The notes: generated by a model not told the origin, from the letters alone. A stretch of DNA of 7,078 bases from Candidatus Iainarchaeum sp. (GCA_028700905.1 JAQVRT010000036.1:1-7078); one strand, 5' to 3'; shown: positions 1 through 6,111, counted from the first letter of the stretch. Numbers and translations are program-made.

Positions 1-618
1 AGCACCTGACCATCCACCAAAACTATGACCTGTAACAGGATTTGCAGTTAAAGTAACTGAAGTTCCTGAAGAATAATTTTCAGAACAATCAGATCCACAA
101 TTTATTCCAGGATTACTTGAAGTCACAGTTCCATTTCCCGCACCACTTAAAGATACATTTAAAGTATAAGTTGATGGAGCTGTTGATGAAAAATTTGCAA
201 TTAAAGAAGTATTTGAATTTAAAGTAAAAGTATATGGATTTGTGGAAAGTGAACCTGTTGGAGTTGTCCAATTATTAAAAGTATAACCTGAAAGAGCAGT
301 TGCACTTGCAGTAACTGAAGTTCCACAACTAAAAGTTCCAGCTCCAGAAACAGTACCGCCTGCTGGAGGGTTTGAAGATAAAGTTAAAATACAATTACTA
401 CCAACACCTGAAATTGGTTCATAATCTTCAGGATTTGTTAAATCTTTAATAAAACCATCAATTGTTGAATTTGTAGCAGCATCAATTTCTCCTGCTTGAT
501 CTACTTTTTCATTTGTAAATCCAATTAAAATAGTTGCTAAAATAACAGCACCTAAAATCAAAACACCAATAATAATTATCATCTCTAAAGAGACCTGAGC
601 TTTTTTACTTTTATTCAT
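1..618 (-). CDS. Class III signal peptide (archaeal type IV pilin-like) protein with at least two divergent InlB B-repeat domains. The C-terminus lies beyond the left window edge.
   Basis: Hand translation of the minus strand from 618 to 1 is open throughout: MNKSKKAQVSLEMIIIIGVLILGAVILATILIGFTNEKVDQAGEIDAATNSTIDGFIKDLTNPEDYEPISGVGSNCILTLSSNPPAGGTVSGAGTFSCGTSVTASATALSGYTFNNWTTPTGSLSTNPYTFTLNSNTSLIANFSSTAPSTYTLNVSLSGAGNGTVTSSNPGINCGSDCSENYSSGTSVTLTANPVTGHSFGGWSGA. A short basic leader, QVSLE and a hydrophobic helix fit the QxSxExxx(L/I) class III signal peptide motif. Two segments fit the InlB B-repeat pattern G.V.G.G.(F/Y).CG..V.(L/A).A.P..G..F..W, including a textbook ...CGSDCSE.Y..GT.VTLTA.P..G..F.GWSGA. 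It is absent from the ORF track because it runs off the edge. The start at 618 was chosen by parallel with the neighbouring paralogue (MINKKAQVSLEM) and an AATGTGA SD-like element 8 nt upstream, similar to the one before trxB. An in-frame ATG at 693 would add 25 Lys-rich residues. Confidence 0.8.
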   Translation of the reverse strand, partial: MNKSKKAQVSLEMIIIIGVLILGAVILATILIGFTNEKVDQAGEIDAATNSTIDGFIKDLTNPEDYEPISGVGSNCILTLSSNPPAGGTVSGAGTFSCGTSVTASATALSGYTFNNWTTPTGSLSTNPYTFTLNSNTSLIANFSSTAPSTYTLNVSLSGAGNGTVTSSNPGINCGSDCSENYSSGTSVTLTANPVTGHSFGGWSGA

Positions 619-636
619 ATCTTTTTTCACATTTTC

Positions 637-672
637 ATTTTTTTTAGACTTAATTGTTTTTTTAGATTTAAT
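637..672 (-). repeat. Tandem 18-nt direct repeat (2 units, 15/18 identical) between the two pilin-like genes, or inside a Lys-rich N-terminal extension if the 693 start is used
   Basis: The minus-strand units are attaaatctaaaaaaaca (672..655) and attaagtctaaaaaaaat (654..637). In the 693 frame they encode IKSKKT and IKSKKN. Confidence 0.6.
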
Positions 673-707
673 TTTTTTAATTTCTTTTTTCATAAATATC
701 TTTTCTC

Positions 708-1091
708 TTAATTAAAATTTGCTGTAATACCAGTATTTAAATTTAAATCAAAATAGAATATTTCATTTGTACTCATAATAGCTCCAGAAGAATCTTTCCA
801 GTTTAAGAAACTATGACCTGTAGCTGGAATTGCTTCAACTCTTACTTGAGTTCCACAAGCAAAACTACCATCTCCTTTAACAGTGCCAGCATCTTGAGGA
901 TTTACTGAAATCACTAGATTACAAATAAAGTTATCAACAATTTCATCTGTTTGTTTATTAATTGCATTAGATTGATCTGCTTTTGAAGAAGACATATTAA
1001 TAACAATTGTTGCAAGAATAATTGTCCCTAAAACTAGAACACCAACAATAATCATCATTTCTAAAGAAACTTGAGCTTTTTTATTTATCAT
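708..1091 (-). CDS. Class III signal peptide (archaeal type IV pilin-like) protein with one C-terminal InlB B-repeat-type domain
   Basis: 127-aa ORF. The N-terminus MINKKA|QVSLEMMIIVGVLVLGTIILATIV has a basic leader, the QxSxExxxI motif and a hydrophobic helix. The C-terminal part CNLVISVNPQDAGTVKGDGSFACGTQVRVEAIPATGHSFLNWKD...ITANF fits the InlB B-repeat pattern. An AAGGA SD-like element lies about 10 nt upstream. It is a paralogue of the gene at 1..618; the N-terminal 30 codons are clearly related at DNA level. Confidence 0.85.
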   Translation of the reverse strand: MINKKAQVSLEMMIIVGVLVLGTIILATIVINMSSSKADQSNAINKQTDEIVDNFICNLVISVNPQDAGTVKGDGSFACGTQVRVEAIPATGHSFLNWKDSSGAIMSTNEIFYFDLNLNTGITANFN

Positions 1092-1206
1092 AAAATATAA
1101 TCCTTTAATTATAAATATAATATAAATATAAATACATAATATATATAAATGTATTTGTTATAGAAGAATAAGTAAATAGTTTTAAAGATAAATAATTTTA
1201 AAGATC

Positions 1207-1872
1207 TTAAATAACTTTTATAAAAATCTCAGAAAAGAAATCATCTTGCCAAACATTTATCTTCTGATCTTGATGAAGAAATAAAAGAGGAATAAATAAA
1301 TTATTAACAATATCAAAATTATCAATATTTTTTGAAAAAAGATTTTTAAATGTTAGACAGCCTTCTTTGTCTGCTTCTTTTTTAATTGAAGAAAAAAGAG
1401 AATCAATTCTTAAATTAATATCTTCAGTTGATTTTGGAACAAAAAACTCAACTTCTGCTTTTTCTTTAATCATTTTTTCAATGTTTTTCTTTGTTGGCTT
1501 ATTCATTATAGTATCTATTGCTTCAATTAAATCATCTAAAGAAACTTGACTTTCTTTATTTCTAATTGGATTTTCTAAGTTTAAAGCATTAAGTAAAATA
1601 TCATCTTCTTTAGGTATTATTAAATCATCTTCAGGATCAATACTTGAAAGCTTTAAAGTATAGGTTTTAATTTTTAGAAGAATACTTGCAGCTAGAAGTG
1701 CATTTGCAGGAATCATTAAATTTTCTTCTTTAAACTCTATTATTTTTTTTAAATAGAGATCTGTAAGAGAAATAATATCAATATTCCAAATATCAAAATC
1801 ATTTGATTTTACAAGATCAAACAAAAGTAGTTTCCAGTTTGGTTGATCTATAATATTTACTAATTCTTCCAT
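1207..1872 (-). CDS. scpA: Segregation and condensation protein A (ScpA, SMC-complex kleisin)
   Basis: 221 aa. The N-terminal region WKLLLFDLVKSNDFDIWNIDIISLTDLYLKKI...IPANALLAASILLKIKTYTL parallels the ScpA signature (compare B. subtilis LDLLLHLI..EIDIYDIPVAKITEQYLLYV...ASEYLVMAATLLSIKSRML). The C-terminus IVNNLFIPLLFLHQDQKINVWQDDFFSEIFI resembles the ScpA winged-helix tail (tFLAlLEL...i...Q...FgeI.i). Confidence 0.85.
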   Translation of the reverse strand: MEELVNIIDQPNWKLLLFDLVKSNDFDIWNIDIISLTDLYLKKIIEFKEENLMIPANALLAASILLKIKTYTLKLSSIDPEDDLIIPKEDDILLNALNLENPIRNKESQVSLDDLIEAIDTIMNKPTKKNIEKMIKEKAEVEFFVPKSTEDINLRIDSLFSSIKKEADKEGCLTFKNLFSKNIDNFDIVNNLFIPLLFLHQDQKINVWQDDFFSEIFIKVI

Positions 1873-1925
1873 ATATAAAAAATATCTTCAAAAAAGAATA
1901 AAAAGAGAAAGGTTTTTTAGTTTTT

Positions 1926-2609
1926 TTAATCTTCTAAAACCTTTGCATTAAAATTGTTTGCTTCAATATCACATAATTTAATTTTTTTACTTTGTCCTTC
2001 AATATATAAAACAGTATCTTTTTCAAAATAAATTGTCACAAAATCACAAACTAATCTAAATTTTACAGATTTAGATTTTAGTAATTCATCAAAAATTAAA
2101 TCTATGTTTTCTGAAAAAACAATAATATCTATTCCTTGTTTTTTACCTTTAATCTTTGTTGAAATTTCATTTAAATCAATAGTTCCAACAACATTAAACT
2201 TTAAAATAAACTCTTTAATATCAAATGAAGAAATTAATTTTTGAATATATTCTTTAGCTTTTATAGTGTCTGAAAAGATATAAGTTCTATAAGCTCTATA
2301 TTTTTCAAAAAACTTATCAGCTTCACCCATTTCTTTATAAAAAATATCCATTTCTTCTTTAATGTTTGAAACTGTTGAATTCATTTTCTTAAAAAGAGAA
2401 ATTAATTCTCTCTTATTGATCTCAGATTCTATTTCTTTTTCTAAATATTCATTCTTTTTAACAATTTCATTAATTTCTTTATAGTCATTTATAAGACTAT
2501 TTAAAATATCATGAAGTGGATTGTAAAGCTCTAAAACTTTATTTGTCCTATATAGATTTTTATTTAAAGACTCAAAAGACTTTTTAACTTTATTATTAAT
2601 ATCAACCAT
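1926..2609 (-). CDS. Hypothetical protein: predicted coiled-coil N-terminal half and an uncharacterised C-terminal domain
   Basis: 227-aa ORF on the same strand as its neighbours, with an AAGGGGT SD-like element 8-9 nt upstream of the ATG. The N-terminal 110 residues are rich in heptad-like K/E/L/I. I recognise no catalytic or family motif. Confidence 0.6.
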   Translation of the reverse strand: MVDINNKVKKSFESLNKNLYRTNKVLELYNPLHDILNSLINDYKEINEIVKKNEYLEKEIESEINKRELISLFKKMNSTVSNIKEEMDIFYKEMGEADKFFEKYRAYRTYIFSDTIKAKEYIQKLISSFDIKEFILKFNVVGTIDLNEISTKIKGKKQGIDIIVFSENIDLIFDELLKSKSVKFRLVCDFVTIYFEKDTVLYIEGQSKKIKLCDIEANNFNAKVLED

Positions 2610-2707
2610 TTTTTAAAACCCCTTTTTTAAATTTGAAAAAAATTCCCCTATAATAATATGATAAATGGTAATATTTAATAAAGCTATCTTTTTATGTATA
2701 TATTAAG

Positions 2708-3628
2708 TCATTTTCCAGACTTAATATCTAAAAACATATGATATGATGCAATTGCTCCTTGAGAGGTAGAAGTTACAATTTGTTTAAGTTCTGTATGATT
2801 TGTACAATCTCCAGCTGCAAATACACCTTCAACATTTGTTCTTTGAGCTTTATCTACAATAATTTCACCATGATCATCAAGTTGTATACTTAATTTATCT
2901 AAAAGCTCTGTATTTGGAACATGACCTATCTCAATAAATATTCCATCTAAAGCCATTTCAGTATCATCTTTTAATTTAATTTTTTCTAATTTTTCAGAAC
3001 CAATTAATTCTTTAATTTCTGAATTATAAACAATTTCTACATTTTCTTGTTTAAATAAAGAATCAAGCCACATAGGTTCTGCTCTTAATTGAGAGCCTCT
3101 ATATATTAAATATACTTTTTTTGCAATCTCTGAAAGTAATAAAGCAGCAGTTACAGCAGCATCTGAACCACCAATAACACCTACAACTTTATCTTTATAA
3201 AAAGCTCCATCACAGGTTGCACAATAATGCACACCTTTACCTAAAAATTTATCTTCATTTTCAATATTTAGAGCTCTTTTTTTCTTTCCTATTGCAAGTA
3301 AAACTTTTTTTGCTTTTACAGTTTCTTGATCAGTATTAATTATAAAAACATCATCTTGTTTTTTAATATCCATTACTTTTTCATATTTAATAGGAATATT
3401 TAAATTATTTATCTGTTCTACCATTTTTGAAATTAAATCCATACCAGTAATTTCTAAAAAACCAGGATAATTCCAGATTGTGTGGGCAGTAGAAGTTACT
3501 CCTCCAAAAGAATCTGTAAACATTATAGTTGACATTTTATATCTTCCTGCATAAAGTGCACTTGAAAGTGCAGCAACTCCACCACCAACAACAACTAAAT
3601 CATAAATATTTGAATTATTTTCACTCAT
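2708..3628 (-). CDS. trxB: Low-Mr thioredoxin-disulfide reductase family flavoprotein (CATC redox centre) with atypical pyridine-nucleotide motifs
   Basis: 306 aa. The FAD motif is DLVVVGGGVAALSSALYA. The redox-active CATC lies at 3212..3223, in the context GVHYCATCDGAFY. The C-terminal FAD motif is GVFAAGDC. It is collinear with E. coli TrxR throughout. The second dinucleotide motif reads GGSDAA rather than GGGNTA, and YRGSQLR replaces HRRDGFR. Confidence 0.9.
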   Translation of the reverse strand: MSENNSNIYDLVVVGGGVAALSSALYAGRYKMSTIMFTDSFGGVTSTAHTIWNYPGFLEITGMDLISKMVEQINNLNIPIKYEKVMDIKKQDDVFIINTDQETVKAKKVLLAIGKKKRALNIENEDKFLGKGVHYCATCDGAFYKDKVVGVIGGSDAAVTAALLLSEIAKKVYLIYRGSQLRAEPMWLDSLFKQENVEIVYNSEIKELIGSEKLEKIKLKDDTEMALDGIFIEIGHVPNTELLDKLSIQLDDHGEIIVDKAQRTNVEGVFAAGDCTNHTELKQIVTSTSQGAIASYHMFLDIKSGK

Positions 3629-3666
3629 TTTTTAATCACATTTTTAATTTTTTAAAATATTATGTC

Positions 3667-3686
3667 ACTTGTATATATTTACAAGT
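3667..3686. promoter_or_regulatory. Perfect 7-bp inverted repeat ACTTGTA-N6-TACAAGT enclosing a TATA-like core upstream of trxB
   Basis: The plus strand is acttgta tatatt tacaagt and the minus strand is acttgtaAATATAtacaagt. Its centre is about 48 nt upstream of the trxB ATG (3628). If the loop is the TATA box, the TSS would fall about 22 nt before the ATG, upstream of the GTGAT SD. Confidence 0.3.
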
Positions 3687-3703
3687 ATATATATTTAATA
3701 TCC

Positions 3704-3709
3704 AAAAAA
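3704..3709 (-). terminator. Candidate oligo-T (T6) terminator just downstream of the gpt stop
   Basis: The minus strand reads TAG-tttatata-tttttt-gg. The run is short and sits in AT-rich DNA, so this call is weak. Confidence 0.2.
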
Positions 3710-3717
3710 TATATAAA

Positions 3718-4179
3718 CTAAACCTTTTCAAACCTATCCCAAGGAAAAATCAACCAATCAACATTAGTTTTTGAATAGAAATCAGGATAAGAAGCACAGT
3801 TTTTTTTATTTACATAAATACTTGCAATTTTTACATCTTTTGGTTTATATTTTTCTTTTAATAAAGAAGAAATAAACTGAATAGTTTTACCAGAATCAAC
3901 AATTTCGTCCACTATTAAAATAGTTTTATTTTTTAAGAATTTTTTATCAGGAAAATTAATTAATTCAATTTTACCTCTCTTTTCTTTAGAGTAAGATTTT
4001 ACAGCAATACTAAAAAGATTTTTATTATCAAGAAGTCTTGATAAATGAATCGCTGGAAAAAGACCTCCAACAGAAATTCCTAAAATAACATCTGGAATAT
4101 AGTTTTCTTTTTTTAATTGCAAAAATATTTTTTTACAATCATTTTCTATTTGAGTATAAGTTAGTTTTATTTTTACCAT
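3718..4179 (-). CDS. gpt: Purine phosphoribosyltransferase of the xanthine-guanine PRTase (Gpt) family
   Basis: 153 aa, collinear with E. coli Gpt (152 aa). Matches include VILGISVGGLFPAIHLSRLL versus [20 protein letters not shown], the PRPP loop TILIVDEIVDSGKT versus GFIVIDDLVDTGGT, and the C-terminal DWLIFPWD versus TWIEQPWD. Confidence 0.85.
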   Translation of the reverse strand: MVKIKLTYTQIENDCKKIFLQLKKENYIPDVILGISVGGLFPAIHLSRLLDNKNLFSIAVKSYSKEKRGKIELINFPDKKFLKNKTILIVDEIVDSGKTIQFISSLLKEKYKPKDVKIASIYVNKKNCASYPDFYSKTNVDWLIFPWDRFEKV

Positions 4180-4218
4180 AAGATATTAATAAAACGAATA
4201 AAATAAAAATAGTATCTT

Positions 4219-4243
4219 AAAAAAAAAGAAGAAAAGAGAGAAA
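4219..4243 (-). terminator. Candidate archaeal oligo-T/polypyrimidine terminator immediately after the tfb stop
   Basis: The minus strand after the TAA reads tttctctcttttcttcttttttttt and ends in a T9 run. Archaeal RNAP terminates at oligo-T tracts. Placement is by sequence only. Confidence 0.35.
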
Positions 4244-5149
4244 TTACTCTCCATCTATATTAAGATTTAATTTTGCTTTAAGTTCTCTATATCTGTTTCT
4301 TATAGTAACTTCAGTTACACCTGCAACATTTGCAACTTCTTTTTGAGTTCTTCTCTCACCTGTCATTAAAGCAGCTATATATACTGCAGCTGCAGCAACA
4401 CCAGTTGGACCTCTACCAGAAATTAAACCAGATGCAATTGCTTTTTTAACAATTTGTTTTGCTTTATTTTCAACTTCTGAAGATAAAGTTAAAACAGAAA
4501 CAAATCTTGAGATATAGTAACTTGGATCTGTTAAAGGAACAGCAATATCAAGTTCTTTTACAATAAACCTATATGTTCTTCCAATTTCTTTTTTTGTTAA
4601 ACCTGAAGCTTCAGCCATTTCATTTAATGTTCTTGGAACATTATATGTTCTACAAACAGAATAAAGAACAGCAGCAACAACCGCTTCAATTAATCTTCCT
4701 CTTATAAGTCCTTTTTCAACAGTTTTTCTATAAAGTAAAGCTGCAGTTTCAACTAAAGGATTTGGAATATTTAAATATGATGAAATTCTTTTAAGTTCTG
4801 TTAAAGCAATTGATAAATTTCTTTGAACAGAGTTTGAAATTGAAGATCTTTTATGCCATTTAATTAATCTATACATTTGAGCTCTTGATTTTGTTGAAAG
4901 TTTATTACCTCTCAAATCTCTACCAGATCTTTCGATCATAGTTTCAAGACCTTTATTTATCTTTGTATATTTCATTGGTGAACCAGTACTAACATTATCT
5001 TGTTTTTCAGCATTATCAAAACTTCTCCAATCTTTTCCAGTATCGATTTGGTCTTCTGATAAAACAGTATGACATTTACTACAGATATATTCTCCAGTTT
5101 TTGAATCTCTGTAGACTTTTGTGTTTCCACATTCTGGACATTTAACCAT
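4244..5149 (-). CDS. tfb: Transcription initiation factor IIB (archaeal TFB)
   Basis: 301 aa. It has an N-terminal zinc ribbon (CPEC-x15-CSKC), then a B-reader/linker (DTGKDWRSFD) and two cyclin-fold repeats. The C-terminal helix-turn-helix is TQKEVANVAGVTEVTIRNRYREL. A strong SD (AGAGGTG) lies 6 nt upstream. Confidence 0.95.
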   Translation of the reverse strand: MVKCPECGNTKVYRDSKTGEYICSKCHTVLSEDQIDTGKDWRSFDNAEKQDNVSTGSPMKYTKINKGLETMIERSGRDLRGNKLSTKSRAQMYRLIKWHKRSSISNSVQRNLSIALTELKRISSYLNIPNPLVETAALLYRKTVEKGLIRGRLIEAVVAAVLYSVCRTYNVPRTLNEMAEASGLTKKEIGRTYRFIVKELDIAVPLTDPSYYISRFVSVLTLSSEVENKAKQIVKKAIASGLISGRGPTGVAAAAVYIAALMTGERRTQKEVANVAGVTEVTIRNRYRELKAKLNLNIDGE

Positions 5150-5155
5150 TGTTTA

Positions 5156-5162
5156 CACCTCT
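5156..5162 (-). promoter_or_regulatory. Shine-Dalgarno element of tfb
   Basis: The minus strand reads AGAGGTG-taaaca-ATG. It is complementary to the conserved archaeal 16S 3' end, whose SD consensus is AGGAGGTGATCC. Confidence 0.6.
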
Positions 5163-5232
5163 ATATTTTTTAAAAATTATAAAATTAGTTTACCATTTAA
5201 TCTTTCTTTTTAATTTTTGTTAAACCTTGTAT

Positions 5233-5246
5233 TTTATATAAGTTTT
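5233..5246 (-). promoter_or_regulatory. BRE/TATA-like 14-mer AAAACTTATATAAA upstream of tfb (copy 1 of 2)
   Basis: The minus strand reads aaaacttatataaa, beginning 84 nt upstream of the tfb ATG. An identical 14-mer occurs at 6098..6111. Several other TATA-like strings are also present, so the true promoter is undetermined. Confidence 0.3.
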
Positions 5247-5369
5247 TGAAAAATAAGCAAACCTATATAAATATAATAGTTTTTCTAGTATATAAAGGTT
5301 TTTATTTTTAAGGTTTTGTTGAATAATACATAAGTTTTGTTTGTGTTGATTAATGAGTTATGTATATTT

Positions 5370-5777
5370 TTATTTATTATCATTTATATTTGATTCAAAT
5401 TCAGAAACAGAATAAACATCATAACCCATAGATTTGATTTTATCTCTTAACAAAGAATTATTTGATATTAAACAAAAATTTTTATCCCCTTCAAATTGTT
5501 TTATACTAAATAATTTAATTATAGAATTATTATTGTCATCAATATTTATATTTTCATCAGTATACAATATATCATCAAAAATCATACTTATGGCCCCTAA
5601 ATTTTCTTTTATAAAAAATTTAACATAGTCAGTAGTGTAAATTTTTGTTTTATTAGAAATAATATTATTAACTAAGAAAAATTTAATTGCAACAGGATTT
5701 TTTTCATAAAAAGTATCTTTAATATATTGAAATACACTACTATCAAAAACAAGATTTATATTATTCAAAATAGTCAC
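5370..5777 (-). CDS. PIN-like domain protein (putative nuclease/toxin component; assignment tentative)
   Basis: 135-aa ORF with a GTG start 1 nt after the stop of the upstream small ORF. The N-terminal strand plus Asp (NLVFDSSVFQYI) and the C-terminal FCLISNNSLLRDKIKSMGYDVYSV resemble the first and last PIN-domain elements (hhhDtNhh ... hhhT.D..h......Gh.hh). Asn replaces the last Asp. No database search was possible. Confidence 0.45.
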   Translation of the reverse strand: MTILNNINLVFDSSVFQYIKDTFYEKNPVAIKFFLVNNIISNKTKIYTTDYVKFFIKENLGAISMIFDDILYTDENINIDDNNNSIIKLFSIKQFEGDKNFCLISNNSLLRDKIKSMGYDVYSVSEFESNINDNK

Positions 5778-5778
5778 T

Positions 5779-6015
5779 TTATTCTAAGTCAATTGTTAAC
5801 TCTGATAAATCTTCTTTACCAATCTCAATTAATTTTTCTATATATATTGGGGAATTTATTTTTAATCTAACCCCTACCATAGAAGAATCTGATATATTTC
5901 TTAATTTAGTTTCAATTGATGAATCAAATTCATATGTATTATTTAACACATAATCTTTAATTATTTTTGCATTCATATATCTTATTGTTCTATAATCATC
6001 TTTATTTGAATTCAT
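5779..6015 (-). CDS. Small hypothetical protein (78 aa), putative partner/antitoxin of the PIN-like protein
   Basis: The ORF track begins it at a TTG (6045). However, an ATG at 6015 is preceded by AGGTGGT (6027..6021) with a 5-nt spacer, so 6015 is the more likely start (MNSNKDDYRTIRYMNAKIIKDYVL...). Its stop TAA (5781..5779) lies 1 nt from the downstream GTG. I recognise no family motif. Confidence 0.5.
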   Translation of the reverse strand: MNSNKDDYRTIRYMNAKIIKDYVLNNTYEFDSSIETKLRNISDSSMVGVRLKINSPIYIEKLIEIGKEDLSELTIDLE

Positions 6016-6020
6016 ATATA

Positions 6021-6027
6021 ACCACCT
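6021..6027 (-). promoter_or_regulatory. Shine-Dalgarno element for the 78-aa ORF
   Basis: The minus strand reads AGGTGGT-tatat-ATG, a 6/7 match to AGGTGAT of the SD consensus. Confidence 0.5.
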
Positions 6028-6045
6028 AATATAATATAGATACAA

Positions 6046-6058
6046 AGTTATTTAAATA
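6046..6058. repeat. 13-nt motif AGTTATTTAAATA with palindromic TATA-like core TATTTAAATA (copy 1)
   Basis: It is an exact repeat of 6211..6223. The core (6049..6058) lies 34-43 nt upstream of the minus-strand ATG at 6015. It is a candidate TATA box and/or operator. Confidence 0.4.
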
Positions 6059-6097
6059 TTATTCTATTTAGGATTCCTTATTATTTTTAAATATATA

Positions 6098-6111
6098 TTT
6101 ATATAAGTTTT
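6098..6111 (-). promoter_or_regulatory. BRE/TATA-like 14-mer AAAACTTATATAAA upstream of the 78-aa ORF (copy 2 of 2)
   Basis: It is identical to 5233..5246 and lies 83 nt upstream of the ATG at 6015. Confidence 0.3.

Noticed and set aside
1111-1131. Direct repeat ATAAATATAA-t-ATAAATATAA upstream of the small pilin gene
   Set aside because: It is short, A/T-only and consistent with generic TATA-rich promoter DNA, so it cannot be separated from background.
1367-1549. 60-aa plus-strand ORF
   Set aside because: It lies entirely antisense within the well-supported scpA gene. Its translation is low-complexity and F/I/S-rich, as expected from the reverse frame of an AT-rich gene, and it has no SD.
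3529-3774. 81-aa plus-strand ORF spanning the trxB 5' end, the spacer and the gpt 3' end
   Set aside because: It is antisense to two strongly supported genes and crosses their intergenic promoter region. Its composition (H/Q/N/F/Y-rich) looks like a frame artefact.
5259-5301. Imperfect inverted repeat AAACCTATATA ... TATATAAAGGTTT between the PIN-like gene stop and tfb
   Set aside because: The arms are mostly TATATA, there is a 2-nt indel, and the spacer is 19 nt. In DNA this AT-rich it is not distinguishable from overlapping TATA-like strings. It was noted only as part of the tfb upstream region.
5434-5628. 64-aa plus-strand ORF
   Set aside because: It is antisense inside the 135-aa PIN-like ORF. 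It is hydrophobic and low-complexity, with no SD, so the longer minus-strand ORF in operon context is preferred.
5779-6045. 88-aa version of the small ORF starting at TTG 6045, as in the ORF track
   Set aside because: The extra 10 codons (MYLYYIRWLY) contain the AGGTGGT Shine-Dalgarno sequence, which is correctly spaced for the ATG at 6015. The shorter form is more plausible.
6050-6057. ATTTAAAT within the repeated motif, considered as the recognition site of the adjacent R-M system
   Set aside because: The same 8-mer also occurs in unrelated coding DNA (for example 735..742, 741..748 and 2169..2176). Its presence near the R-M genes therefore carries no information without methylome data.
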